Shown in pieces: positions 1-9,830 of a stretch of DNA of 64,000 bases. Made by a program: the position numbers and the translations under genes. The notes under the pieces were generated by a model, which ran no database searches, was not told the origin of the DNA, and worked only from the letters and a program-made list of their open reading frames with translations. The stretch's first letter is position 1; the number at the start of each line of letters is the position of its first letter. Source of the DNA: Thermodesulfobacteriota bacterium (GTDB lineage Bacteria > Desulfobacterota > Desulfobacteria > Desulfobacterales > C00003060); NCBI GenBank assembly GCA_034189385.1, contig JAXHVD010000013.1, positions 68,259 through 132,258 of the forward strand. Direction: 5' to 3'.

Positions 1-37
1 TCCAGCTTCTAAATCTTCTGAGGAAAGGAGGGAGATC

Positions 38-979
38 ATGGCTGATCTGACCAAGATGATCGTCGTACCCATGGATGGCTCCAAGAACGAATTGAGATCC
101 TTAGACTATCTGAACCTCATTTTTGGTCCCAGGCACAATTTAGACGTGACTCTCTTCTATGTGCTTTCCAGTCTGCCCCCAATCCCGTTGGAGGAGCAAG
201 GTATGAACCGAGAGAGCAGGCTCCAGGTAAAATCTGTTGAGGAACAGAACATCCGGATGGCCGAGCGTATTCTCAGAGAAGCCAAGGTTGCCCTTGTTCG
301 AAAAGGATTCGAAAAAGGGCGTGTGAAGACGCTCTATAAGCGCAGAAAGGTCGGTACTGCCCGAGATATTTGCATGTGGGCAGACGACAATCGTGCCGAT
401 AGCGTACTCATTAGTACTAGGGGGCGAAGTCGCTTACAGGCTTTTTTATGGGGAAAATCTCTAGGAAGTTACTGGAATATTGTAAGGTTTGCCCGGTTTG
501 GATAGTATCAGGCCCTGTTGCCTCTGCACAGGTGCTCGTTGCTATCGATAGCTCAGAGGACGCTATCAGAGCAGTAGACCATGCCGGCTTCGTCTTCTCG
601 GGAACTGACTGTGAAATTACCCTCTTTCATACCATGCGACATCTAAGGCGCTACGTTCCACAAGGGGGTTTTGCAGGCTGCGCCGGAACTTGAAGGGCTT
701 TGTAAGCAGAAAGCTGGAGAACAAATAGATCCCTTCATGAAGAAAGCTAGAGAGATGCTGCTTCAAGCAGGGCTTGCGGAAACTCAGGTTGCTACCAAAG
801 TGGTAGACGGGAGCAGAAGTGCGGCGAATGATATCGTTAAGGAAGCTAAGAAAAGAAGATTTGGAACCATCGTCTTGGGACGCCGAGGCGAGTCCGGGAG
901 CAAAGAGTTCCTCATGGGTTGCGTGGCCGGCAAGGTTTTAGAGGCTGCTGACGATATGACCGTCATGATCGTTCAGTAG
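38..979 (+). pseudogene. Tandem universal stress protein (two UspA-type domains) interrupted by two frameshifts
   Basis: Three ORFs (38-505, 448-693, 671-979) each hold pieces of USP domains. Domain 1 ends ...STRGRSRLQA / FFMGKISRKLLEYCKVCPVWIV, domain 2 starts VLVAIDSSEDAIRAVDHA, and domain 2 ends TIVLGRRGESGSKEFLMGCVAGKVLEAADDMTVMIV. The frame switches map to a T6 run (442-447) and a G5 run (664-668). Confidence 0.65.
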
Positions 980-1088
980 GGCGCCATTGGGTATAATCCT
1001 CTGCCTGAAAGGCCAGGTTACCCATCTTTTCATATCTTTCAAAACGACTGACCAAAATGCAATATCCTTTCTGCGCGAGTAATTAACA

Positions 1089-2060
1089 GTGACCGCCTTG
1101 CTGCCATATGTCCTTCTTATTATTGGGTTTGTCCTGCTCATCAAGGGTGCGGACTTTCTGGTTGATGGCGCTTCATCCATTGCCAGGCGGTTTAATGTGT
1201 CTGATCTGGTGATTGGCCTTACCGTTGTTGCTTTTGGCACATCAACCCCTGAATTGTTTGTCAATATTGTTGCCAGCATCAAGGGCAACACCGACATCGC
1301 CATTGGCAACGTCTTGGGCAGCAATATCGCCAATGTGTTCCTCATCCTTGGTGTTTCCTCTATTATTTACCCCTTGACAGTGACAAAGGGCACAGTCTGG
1401 AAAGAGATTCCATTAAGTCTTCTGGCGGCTGTTCTCCTAGGCATCTTGGCAAATGACCAACTCATCGATAGACGCCAGTTCTCTTCGTTGACCAGGATAG
1501 ATGGGCTGGTGCTTCTTTCCTTCTTTATCATATTCATTTATTACTCTTTGAGCATAGCAAAGAGAATAGAGGGCATGGAAGAACACGTTCCTGCCAAGCA
1601 GTATGGAGTGCTAAAGTCGTTGCTTTTTGTTTTCGCAGGGCTCGCCTGTTTGAGCGTTGGGGGAAAGTGGATTGTCGAAGGGGCTGTGCATTTAGCTTTG
1701 ACTCTGGGAATGAGCCAATCATTGGTGGGACTGACGGTGGTTGCCATCGGCACATCACTGCCTGAATTGGCCACATCGGCTGTCGCTGCCCATAGAAAGA
1801 ATGTCGAAATAGCGGTGGGCAATGTGGTCGGCTCAAATATCTTTAACATTTTCTTTGTCTTGGGGATTAGTGCGACCGTCAAGCCGCTTCCCTTTAAGAC
1901 CACGAGCAACATAGACGTGGGCATGGTAATTGTGGCCAGCCTACTACTATTCACGTACATGTTTACTGGGAAAAAGCGGCAACTAGACAGGTGGGAGGGG
2001 GGAATATTTGTTGTCCTGTACGTGGGTTATCTCGTGTTTCTGATTGTGAAAGGGCACTGA
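1089..2060 (+). CDS. Ca2+/cation antiporter, CaCA (YrbG-like) family
   Basis: 323-aa polytopic membrane protein with a GTG start. It has the two alpha-repeat signatures GNVLGSNIANVFLILG and GNVVGSNIFNIFFVLG, each preceded by GTS(T/L)PEL. Confidence 0.85.
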   Translation: MTALLPYVLLIIGFVLLIKGADFLVDGASSIARRFNVSDLVIGLTVVAFGTSTPELFVNIVASIKGNTDIAIGNVLGSNIANVFLILGVSSIIYPLTVTKGTVWKEIPLSLLAAVLLGILANDQLIDRRQFSSLTRIDGLVLLSFFIIFIYYSLSIAKRIEGMEEHVPAKQYGVLKSLLFVFAGLACLSVGGKWIVEGAVHLALTLGMSQSLVGLTVVAIGTSLPELATSAVAAHRKNVEIAVGNVVGSNIFNIFFVLGISATVKPLPFKTTSNIDVGMVIVASLLLFTYMFTGKKRQLDRWEGGIFVVLYVGYLVFLIVKGH

Positions 2061-2287
2061 TTCTTAGTCTGAATCGAGAGGGATGTGCTGAATGTGCAAA
2101 AGGAAAAAGATATCAGACATAAAGCATATTGGCTTTATTTCCAATAGGTTTTCAGGAACTGACGACGTGTCACTGGAGACAGCAAAACAAGAGAACAGAG
2201 AACAAAGGACCCCGGACCCCTTGGTAAGTTCATCGCATTACTTCTAAGATTATATTTTTGGCAAGAACTTGCCTCTGTCAACAAACG

Positions 2288-2974
2288 CTACTCCTTGCCA
2301 GGCTTATCTGTGGCCATCCGTTCATATTCTTCTTTGGCATTTTCTGCTTCAACGATTTCAAGTTTCTCCTTGATAGCCGCCTTGTCGAAACTCCGCTGCT
2401 TCTCCTCGACTTTCTTCTGATAATCCGTCATTGAATACTTCTGAGCTGAGGGAGCCTTTTCAGCAACGAGCTGTGTTATCCAAGCCAAATCTCGTTTAGC
2501 TTCAGCTAATTCTACTCCAAACTTAGCTTTCTTTACCCCGGTCTTCCGAGCTTTCACTACTTCTGTTTTCCAGCTCACAAGCAGGTTGGCCACTTGCATG
2601 TCTTGCCGTGCCTTCTTGACTGCCGCAGCAGCAGTACCCATCCGATCCGTCTCACCATTTTCTTCTGCAGCTTTTTCTTCAGCCCTAACTGCCTTTAGTT
2701 CCAATTCTTTTATTTGAAGAGTGCGTTTTGCATTTGTTAAATCTTTTTCAGCCTTTTTCTTTTCCTCCTCTGCACGAGCCAGTTCCACTCGCGCCAGGAA
2801 CACCTCAAGTTCGGGCTCCTTGAGTGCTTCCAGGCCGTCTGGAGAAAGCTGTGTCAAGTCAGCAAACTTCACTGAATCTCCGAAAAGGCCGGCCTGAGTA
2901 TTCGTATGCAAAGCCACTAAAAAGCAAAAAAAGACTGCGGAAACCAGTTTTGGCAGCGTGTTCATGGCTTTCAT
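2288..2974 (-). CDS. Secreted coiled-coil protein of unknown function (last gene of the tamA-tamB transcription unit)
   Basis: Internal ATG at 2974 is preceded by the RBS AGGGGGAAAC. The signal peptide is MKAMNTLPKLVSAVFFCFLVALHTNTQA, followed by a long K/E/A-rich heptad-like sequence. The longer ORF-track start (3109) has no support. Confidence 0.55.
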   Translation of the reverse strand: MKAMNTLPKLVSAVFFCFLVALHTNTQAGLFGDSVKFADLTQLSPDGLEALKEPELEVFLARVELARAEEEKKKAEKDLTNAKRTLQIKELELKAVRAEEKAAEENGETDRMGTAAAAVKKARQDMQVANLLVSWKTEVVKARKTGVKKAKFGVELAEAKRDLAWITQLVAEKAPSAQKYSMTDYQKKVEEKQRSFDKAAIKEKLEIVEAENAKEEYERMATDKPGKE

Positions 2975-3168
2975 CTTGTTTCCCCCTATTCTGTCTGGGT
3001 TACTATCGTTTCCATTTCCATTTTGACAAAGGGCTGCAGCTGTCTCGGTTCCTATATATAACAATAGGCTTCCGCTGTCCAGATCCTGGCCACTTCCACC
3101 CCTACACACGAGATGAGGCTCGCAGAACTAATTACCCGTCTGCCCATTCTCACAGGCACCATCGTGCT

Positions 3169-6100
3169 TCAGTAATTTTTTTTCCAGTTAATGCCGGCCC
3201 CTCCTTCGGCGTTTTCGCCAATCTCAGTTTCCAATGTAATGCTTGGTGTGACATCGATCTCTATGGAAGTCTTTCCGCTTTCGGGCCCTGACCCCTTTTC
3301 CACCTCAAGGTACACGCCCTCCCGCAGATACTTGCCGGCGCTGATGCTGGCCTCTTTGGCGTCTTCTCCTGACTGTTTGACTTCCAACTGGTCCACGCCC
3401 AACATCTTGCGGGCCCGTCCCATGAAGTCAAAGCCGCCCCCGGACGTAAGGGTCCTGGCGGCATGGGCCAACCTGACGGCCTGCATGGGAGTGATGTGGG
3501 CTACGCCCCGGCCGAAAAGCACGCGAGACAGGACTTCGTCTGACGGCAGTTCAGGGACGGAAGAAAGCGTAACCTCTGGTGCAAGAACAGACCCAGAAAG
3601 CTGGAGGTGCGCAGTGATCTCCTTGGCCTGGCATTCGCCCAGGACGTCCAAGTAGGGCGACAATGGGAGCGAAGGATCCAGTGTGAGCGTCCCCCGTTGA
3701 AGAGAAAAGCGTTTCCCCATAAAGTTGAAGTGCCCCCGCACGACAGAAAGCTTCCCTGTTATGACCGGGCTGCTGGCGCTACCAGTGATGGTAAGGCTGC
3801 CTTGCCATTCAGAGTCCAGTCCTCGACCGCGCAAGAAGGCCCTTCCAGGGGAGTCCACTTGCATATTCAAGTCAAGGGCCATGGCTTCTTCACCCTTCTT
3901 GGCCGGCAGAGCAGGTCCATTTTCGCTTTCGCCATGGAGTTCGATGACGTCCAGCTCAACTATTTCAGGAGGGATCCGGTTGGGAATGCGGAGTTCTGCC
4001 TGCGGCACTTGGAGGTTGCCTGAAAGGGACGCCTTGGCAAGGGCTCCCGATAACACCACCTGTCCTGTGGCCGTGGCCGTGGCATTGTCGAGTCTAAGCA
4101 CTGTGGCTTGATCCAGGGTCATGGCCAATTGGAAAGGGAAACCCTTTTTAGAAAGAAGCTCCAGCCAACCTTCAGCCGAGATGGTACCAGTCCCCCCGTC
4201 GGTGGCCCGGGCGTGCCTGATGCCCAGCCGCCGGTTTTCCGTGGTCACGGCCATGTCGATCTCTTTGAAGGTGGTGCCGCTTCGGAGGTGTTCATAAGCC
4301 CCATTTCCCACAGAGCCGGTGACGGTTACGTTCGGGGCGCCCATTGTGCCGTCTAAGGCCAGACTGAGATCAAGGGTCCCCTCCATGACCTGGTCGTCCA
4401 GCAAGAAGGCCGACGGCATCCATGCCATGTCGATTTCGCCGGTAAGTTGGCCACGGAGTCTTCCGTCAGCCGGCATGGCCCAGGCAAAAGGCGCGAGGGA
4501 GAACTTGAAAGGCATATCGAGGTCGGCCTCAAAAGGCTGGTCACCCAGGCCCTGGAGCGTGAGGGCGGTCTGGAGCCTGTCTTGTCCCAGTTCAGCCTTG
4601 GCCTTGAGTGTTGCCATCGGAACCCCTTGAGATGGGGACGCACGGCGAGCCATCTCCCGGATGTGCAGTTCCACAGCCCCCGCAGGTTTCTCAGGGGGGC
4701 CGTGAAGGTGGATGTTCCCATCCAATATGCCGGAGAGGACCGGGGCCCCAATGAGGCTTAGGGCCTGCATGGGCAAGGCCTCCATTGTCCCCTTTAGAGT
4801 GAAGGCTGCTTTGGAAAAATCACCTGAGCATTCGAGATGCCCTAAGCCAACGTTTAGGCCGAAGGGATTTAAGGTGTATCCTGCCTCGGTGCTCGTGACG
4901 GATGTAGGTTTTGACAGCATGAAGGGGAACTCCGCATAGTGTCCATCCAGTTGGCTGAATTCCAGAGTCTTGACTTTTGGGGTGACCCTGAAAACCCCGG
5001 CGGTATTGATTTCCAATCTGTCTTGGTATTGGCCTTTGGCGCTGCTGGAAAAGTTCACCTCATGGCTGTTTCCGCTAGCGTTGAGGAGAAGAGACTCCAG
5101 GGTAAGGTCGTTGCGCCCATAACCCTTCAGCTCAAGTTCTGTAGTCACCTCTGGATTTTGGAAGGGGGTCGTCACCTCGCCCCGCCATATCAAGTTTCCT
5201 ACTTCTCCATAGGGGCTCGTCAAATTTTTTCCCTGAGCGACAACAATGACGTTTTGGCCCCTTTCTTCCACATCAAGGTTGCATGCAAGTTCAGCAGCTC
5301 CCTTGATTTCCGGCCCGATCAAAGGGGACAGGTCTGAAAGCTTGCGAAACGCTCCTTGAAGCTCTCCCACCACTGTGTGCCTGTTCAAATCCAAAGTCAC
5401 GTTGCCAGTCAGGGCGTTTGCTCCGACTTTGGTTGAGAGGGCGGTCAGGCTTAGCGAGGGACCCTCCACGGCGAAGTCACTGACAAGTTCAAAGGGCTGT
5501 TCTCCATGTCGGAGGCTTACCTGTAAATCGCCTTCCCCTCGGGTGGGCCACCCCTCGGCGTTTAGGGAGGCATGGACTTGTTGGATCAGGAGCCCTGCCA
5601 GCAGAAGCTGCTCAGACGCTACCTCCACATTCAAGTGTGGCTCGGCGAACGGTCCCTGGACCTTCCCATCTACCTGCAATGTGCCTTCAAGACTCCGTCC
5701 AAGGGCCGGACCAAGGATGGCAAGGGTTGGCACGGTCAAGTGGCAGGAAACTTCAAGGTGTTCCTCCAGCAAGTCCACAGAAGCGCTACCGGCAAGCTGT
5801 ACTGCCGCAGTCTGGATCTCGAACTGCTTAACGGTGAGTCCCTTTGTCTCCTCAAGTGTCACATGGCTGGAAAAATCCACCCCATCCCCTAAGAGGGCAT
5901 TTAAAAACGGGGCTGTTTGCTCCAGAAAGTGGATGGCGCCATGAACATAGACGGCAATGTCCCCGGCCTGGCCATGGCCGTTCATGGAGGCCTCGAACCT
6001 GAAACGGGCGCTTTTGCCGACCATAGCCTCGCCAAGGGCGAGCTCCTCAATGGCAAGGCGCTGGATCGTTACTTGCCCCAAGGTCTTGGGCCAGGCCGGT

Positions 6101-6501
6101 GATCCTTCGGGGCCCCCCTGTCCCTTGTCATTACCGTTGAGCGGCAGTCGGTCAAGCTCCATGCTGTTGACGCCGAGTTCTGCAATGTGGATTCGCCCAC
6201 GGAGAAGAGCCAAGGGTGACCAGCGCAGCGTCACGTCTTTGACTGCCAGCCACTGGCCGTCCCCATCATTGAAGGCGATCCGGTTCACACCAAGGCTGAA
6301 TGGGACGAGGCCCCTGATCTCGCCCATCTCAACCTGCCCCTCACCAGGTTTGCTCAGGCCGGAGGCGACCAGGTTTTTTATGTACCTTCTAGCTGGGCCT
6401 GTTTGGGCTGCACCGATCACAAGGGCAAGAACAAGGACAACCGCCGCTGTACCGAGGCCCACCCATTGGGCCATCCTTTTTATGATGTGCTTCGAGTTCA
6501 T
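3169..6501 (-). CDS. tamB: Translocation and assembly module protein TamB (AsmA-like, DUF490 C-terminus)
   Basis: 1110 aa with an N-terminal membrane anchor (GLGTAAVVLVLALVIGAA), a long beta-rich body and a TamB-type C-terminus (...GKYLREGVYLEVEKGSG...GINWKKNY). It lies directly downstream of an Omp85 gene. Confidence 0.8.
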   Translation of the reverse strand: MNSKHIIKRMAQWVGLGTAAVVLVLALVIGAAQTGPARRYIKNLVASGLSKPGEGQVEMGEIRGLVPFSLGVNRIAFNDGDGQWLAVKDVTLRWSPLALLRGRIHIAELGVNSMELDRLPLNGNDKGQGGPEGSPAWPKTLGQVTIQRLAIEELALGEAMVGKSARFRFEASMNGHGQAGDIAVYVHGAIHFLEQTAPFLNALLGDGVDFSSHVTLEETKGLTVKQFEIQTAAVQLAGSASVDLLEEHLEVSCHLTVPTLAILGPALGRSLEGTLQVDGKVQGPFAEPHLNVEVASEQLLLAGLLIQQVHASLNAEGWPTRGEGDLQVSLRHGEQPFELVSDFAVEGPSLSLTALSTKVGANALTGNVTLDLNRHTVVGELQGAFRKLSDLSPLIGPEIKGAAELACNLDVEERGQNVIVVAQGKNLTSPYGEVGNLIWRGEVTTPFQNPEVTTELELKGYGRNDLTLESLLLNASGNSHEVNFSSSAKGQYQDRLEINTAGVFRVTPKVKTLEFSQLDGHYAEFPFMLSKPTSVTSTEAGYTLNPFGLNVGLGHLECSGDFSKAAFTLKGTMEALPMQALSLIGAPVLSGILDGNIHLHGPPEKPAGAVELHIREMARRASPSQGVPMATLKAKAELGQDRLQTALTLQGLGDQPFEADLDMPFKFSLAPFAWAMPADGRLRGQLTGEIDMAWMPSAFLLDDQVMEGTLDLSLALDGTMGAPNVTVTGSVGNGAYEHLRSGTTFKEIDMAVTTENRRLGIRHARATDGGTGTISAEGWLELLSKKGFPFQLAMTLDQATVLRLDNATATATGQVVLSGALAKASLSGNLQVPQAELRIPNRIPPEIVELDVIELHGESENGPALPAKKGEEAMALDLNMQVDSPGRAFLRGRGLDSEWQGSLTITGSASSPVITGKLSVVRGHFNFMGKRFSLQRGTLTLDPSLPLSPYLDVLGECQAKEITAHLQLSGSVLAPEVTLSSVPELPSDEVLSRVLFGRGVAHITPMQAVRLAHAARTLTSGGGFDFMGRARKMLGVDQLEVKQSGEDAKEASISAGKYLREGVYLEVEKGSGPESGKTSIEIDVTPSITLETEIGENAEGGAGINWKKNY

Positions 6502-6509
6502 GTATCTAA

Positions 6510-7009
6510 CTCAAGTTTTCGCCAGGCGGCTTCAAAAGAGGCGCACCCCTTATTTCCACAATTAGTGGGTGTGTCAAGACTTGTATCCCCCGGATTTGGC
6601 AACAGAGGGATGGGGAAATTCGCAGAGCGAAGGCCTACAGCCATTGCCACCTAGAATTTCATTCACAGACTCGCAAGAAGTCTTTTCGCGAACGACATTG
6701 AGCATTCTTGGGATAAGATTCATGATAAGCGGAGCGTAAGAATCGCGAACTGTTTGAGGGCGTGAGCCCGAGTTTTCGTGATTTAGCGGAGCGCAGAATG
6801 AATCCCAAGAATTCTCACGGAGTGAGCGAATCGGACTTTTTGCGAACCCCCTTTGCAAGGTACTAAAGGCATTATTGGAGGCCGAAGAGAAGCGGATTCC
6901 CCCATCCCGAGGCTTCAATTGCAGAGAAGAGGCCCAAACCAGTGCCCTTCCGCTTTGTAGACATCTCAGCATGCTCTTAGCTTTTACTTCAACTGGTTGA
7001 TATGGGTGC
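6510..7009 (-). repeat. Dispersed intergenic repeat, copy A (long variant, ~500 bp) between tamA and tamB
   Basis: The reverse complement aligns with copy B (46730-47013) at three places: the left part (ATCAACCAGTTGAA...GCGGNAGGGCNCTGGTTTGG), the central module (TAAAGGCATT..GGAGGCCGAAGAGAAGCG.ATTCCCCC, 6864-6910) and the terminal module (GCGCCTCTTTTGAAGCCGCC.GGCG.AAACTTG, 6510-6547). It carries ~225 bp of extra internal sequence. Confidence 0.6.
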
Positions 7010-8902
7010 GAAACCTACGTAAAAAGCTTCTCCAAGGCTCACGTAGACTTGAAAGCTATCGTCAATCTCAGGCCTTCGATTTAACGGCACACCGACGTCA
7101 AGACGGAAAGGGCCGATGGGGGTGAAATACCGAAGCCCCAATCCTGTGCCCCAACCAAGCGTGTGGCTGAAATCCGGACTCGTCGTCTCAAAGGCAGTTC
7201 CTCCATCCAGGAAAGCGACCAGGCCGATGCGATCTGTCACCTTCAGTCGCAATTCTGTGGAGAGTTCAAAAAGGGACCTGCCGCCAAGGGGCTCGTCTTC
7301 CTCCAAGGGACCCACGGTCTGGAAGGGATAGCCCCGGATGGACCCGCCCCCGCCCGCATAAAAACGCTCATCTGCGGGGATGGCGTCACGGGAGGCGCCT
7401 ACCATGGAGCCCACCGCAACCCGCGCCGCCACCAGCGTGGAGGGATTGTCAACCATTTCCAGACAGCGACTCAGGCTCACCTTCCCCTTCAAAAAAGCGA
7501 AATCCTCACCGACCACATCGAAATAGGGGGTCAGTTGAAAGACAAGGCGGCCGCCATATGTGGGTTCCAGCACGTCGTCTCTGGTGTCCCAGTCAAAATG
7601 CCATGGTGATGAGACCAGACTGAAGCTCTCCTCCTCGTCCAGTTGGGTGACCGTGGAAGTCTTAAACGCCAGGCCTCCGCCTATGGTCATTCCTTTGCCC
7701 AAATCACGTTCCACAAGGGCCGAGCTTCTCAGGTTGCGGCTGGTGTAGGCCTCCGGGCGGTCTTCGGCCACACGCACATTTAGAAGCAAGGTCTGGTCCG
7801 GTCTCCAGAGGCTGGGCTTTCTGGCGGTCCCTTCTGCGGCCCGGGTGAAATCCGATGCGGTGGCCGTGAGGGTCAGACGTTCACCATGATGGAAGAGGTT
7901 ACGGTGCTCCCATGAGATCTTTGCCCCCGGTCCCTCATCTGTCTTGTAGCTCACACCAGCTCCCACGGAACGGTGCTTGCGCTCGGTGACCCCGATGGTT
8001 ATTGGGAGCAAGCCCCGTTCATCCAGGTGTTGATCCGGAGTAACCCTGACCATGGCAAAAAGCCCTGTCTTGGTGAGGCCCCTCTGAACCTCTACCAGAA
8101 AATCAGCATTATAGGCATCTCCTTGTTTCCAGGGGATCTTTCCGCGCACCAGGTCTTCGTCTACTGATTGAAGGCCCGTGATCTTTAAGGTCCCGAATCG
8201 GGCCGCCGGCCCTGGCTCGATGCGAAAATGGACGGCAACGGACCGGTCAGCATGGTCCACCAGGACCTTCCGCTCGTCGATTGTTGAAAAGGGAAAGCCT
8301 CTTGATTTCATGAGGCCCAGGAGTTTTTCTTCCCCGTCCAGGATGATCCGGGCCCGGGCGGGCTCGCCTTTTTGGAGGCCGATTTGTTCCGGTTCAGGCA
8401 GGCGAAGTCCCGATGGCGCTGCTCCGGCGGTTTCAATGTCAACACTTTTTAGAAGGTAAACCGGTCCCAAGTCCACCTGAAAGGTGACCCGGACAGGCAC
8501 TTTCTGTGCGTCTATATGGAGTTTGACTTGCCCCCCGTAGTAGCCTTCGGCCCGAAAGGCCTTTGTGAGCAGAGGAACATCACCTTCTGCTCGCCTGCGC
8601 AACTGGGAGAGGCTCACGGGGGGGCGCTCTTTTCTCAGGATCACGACATCAGAGATCTCCTCAAGGGTCTTTCGCAACTCCTTTTCCTCGACCCCTGTAA
8701 TGGTCGCCTGGTAGTCAAGCCCTGAGGGTTTGGCAAAGACTGTGTGTTCGAGTGAAATGAAAGCAAGGCAGAAAAGGAACACGAAGACCACCTGAGGGCG
8801 GAAACAGTGCCCACTAGGGGTCGTCCCGTGGCGGATGGCCAAGGAGGGCCACTTCTTTTCATTGGCATTGCTGTACGTCTTTTCACCGGCTGTCATGAGC
8901 AC
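6989..8902 (-). CDS. tamA: Omp85-family outer membrane protein TamA (POTRA domains plus beta-barrel)
   Basis: 637 aa with a signal-like segment VVFVFLFCLAFISLEHTVFA, POTRA-like repeats and an Omp85 barrel (...GGGGSIRGYPFQ..., ...LGLRYFTPIGPFRLDVG...). It is adjacent to tamB. The exact start is uncertain, and the last ~6-10 codons overlap repeat copy A. Confidence 0.8.
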   Translation of the reverse strand: MLMTAGEKTYSNANEKKWPSLAIRHGTTPSGHCFRPQVVFVFLFCLAFISLEHTVFAKPSGLDYQATITGVEEKELRKTLEEISDVVILRKERPPVSLSQLRRRAEGDVPLLTKAFRAEGYYGGQVKLHIDAQKVPVRVTFQVDLGPVYLLKSVDIETAGAAPSGLRLPEPEQIGLQKGEPARARIILDGEEKLLGLMKSRGFPFSTIDERKVLVDHADRSVAVHFRIEPGPAARFGTLKITGLQSVDEDLVRGKIPWKQGDAYNADFLVEVQRGLTKTGLFAMVRVTPDQHLDERGLLPITIGVTERKHRSVGAGVSYKTDEGPGAKISWEHRNLFHHGERLTLTATASDFTRAAEGTARKPSLWRPDQTLLLNVRVAEDRPEAYTSRNLRSSALVERDLGKGMTIGGGLAFKTSTVTQLDEEESFSLVSSPWHFDWDTRDDVLEPTYGGRLVFQLTPYFDVVGEDFAFLKGKVSLSRCLEMVDNPSTLVAARVAVGSMVGASRDAIPADERFYAGGGGSIRGYPFQTVGPLEEDEPLGGRSLFELSTELRLKVTDRIGLVAFLDGGTAFETTSPDFSHTLGWGTGLGLRYFTPIGPFRLDVGVPLNRRPEIDDSFQVYVSLGEAFYVGFAPISTS

Positions 8903-9202
8903 ATCTCACGGGACCCCCTATGGCGACATGCATTGGGGGCTTGCCCAGAACCTCTTGATCGGTTATAGAGTCTTAGACTCAAGTGTCTTCAGCACGCCTG
9001 GACACGGTTGACCCTCTTCATTTATGAGGATTCGTTTGGGCCGGCGTACGTTCTTTCCCAAAGGTCCCTATTTTAAGAAGTGGTGGCATTTCTATCGCAC
9101 GAAGGTGGCTGATGCAATAGCTTGATGACAAGGACATGGTCTCCATGACCGTTCATTTGAGATATCACATGGCAAGTTACAATGAGAGGGGGTAAATCTG
9201 CG

Positions 9203-9772
9203 ATGAAAGGAAAAAGACTATTAGGGGTATGGACCCTGGCGTTTTTAGGCGTTGCAGGGCTTTTTGCCCTTACATGGGCAGGCGATGACATAAAGACTCG
9301 CGCCATGCTCCGTGGCCTCGGCCCAATCTCCGTAGAGGTGGAGCACTTTGATCTTGAATTGAGAGACCGACTAAAAAGGGGAGGACTGACGGAAGACGGA
9401 CTCCTTGCAGCGGTGGAACGCAAACTCCAAGCGGCTGGAATCAGATTGCTTTCTGATGAAGATTCACAGAAAGCCCCTTTCCCTCCCGTCCTTTATGTAA
9501 ACCTCCAGATTCTGGTGCCTGAAGTCAAGTTCACCTATACTGTGGGGGGGGAGCAGATCTCCAAGGAGAAATCTGGGGAGAGGCATTTCTATAGAGTTGA
9601 TGTAGAGCTTCGTCAAATGGCTTCCCTGTTGAGAGATCCCCTTATCAATGGGGAAGTTGCCACGTGGTCGTCGGGGTCCATGGGTTTTCGCCGGTTGCCT
9701 CGTATCCAGGCCGACGTCATGGACCAGGTAGACGCTTTCATCAGCGCCTGTTCAGGCGAAAGCACTAAGTAG
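9203..9772 (+). CDS. Hypothetical secreted protein
   Basis: ATG 9203 follows the RBS GAGGGGG. The signal peptide is MKGKRLLGVWTLAFLGVAGLFALTWA. I recognise no family. Confidence 0.5.
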   Translation: MKGKRLLGVWTLAFLGVAGLFALTWAGDDIKTRAMLRGLGPISVEVEHFDLELRDRLKRGGLTEDGLLAAVERKLQAAGIRLLSDEDSQKAPFPPVLYVNLQILVPEVKFTYTVGGEQISKEKSGERHFYRVDVELRQMASLLRDPLINGEVATWSSGSMGFRRLPRIQADVMDQVDAFISACSGESTK

Positions 9773-9830
9773 TGTGAACATGACTCCGAAGATTATTCTG
9801 CTCCGTAGCGACTGAGGGGAGGTGCATTCA

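Noticed and set aside
3191-6565. Numerous plus-strand ORFs of 60-200 aa inside tamB (for example 5375-5944, 5957-6565)
   Set aside because: They are antisense shadow ORFs with Pro/Arg/Ser-rich composition, typical of GC-rich coding DNA. None has motifs or an RBS.
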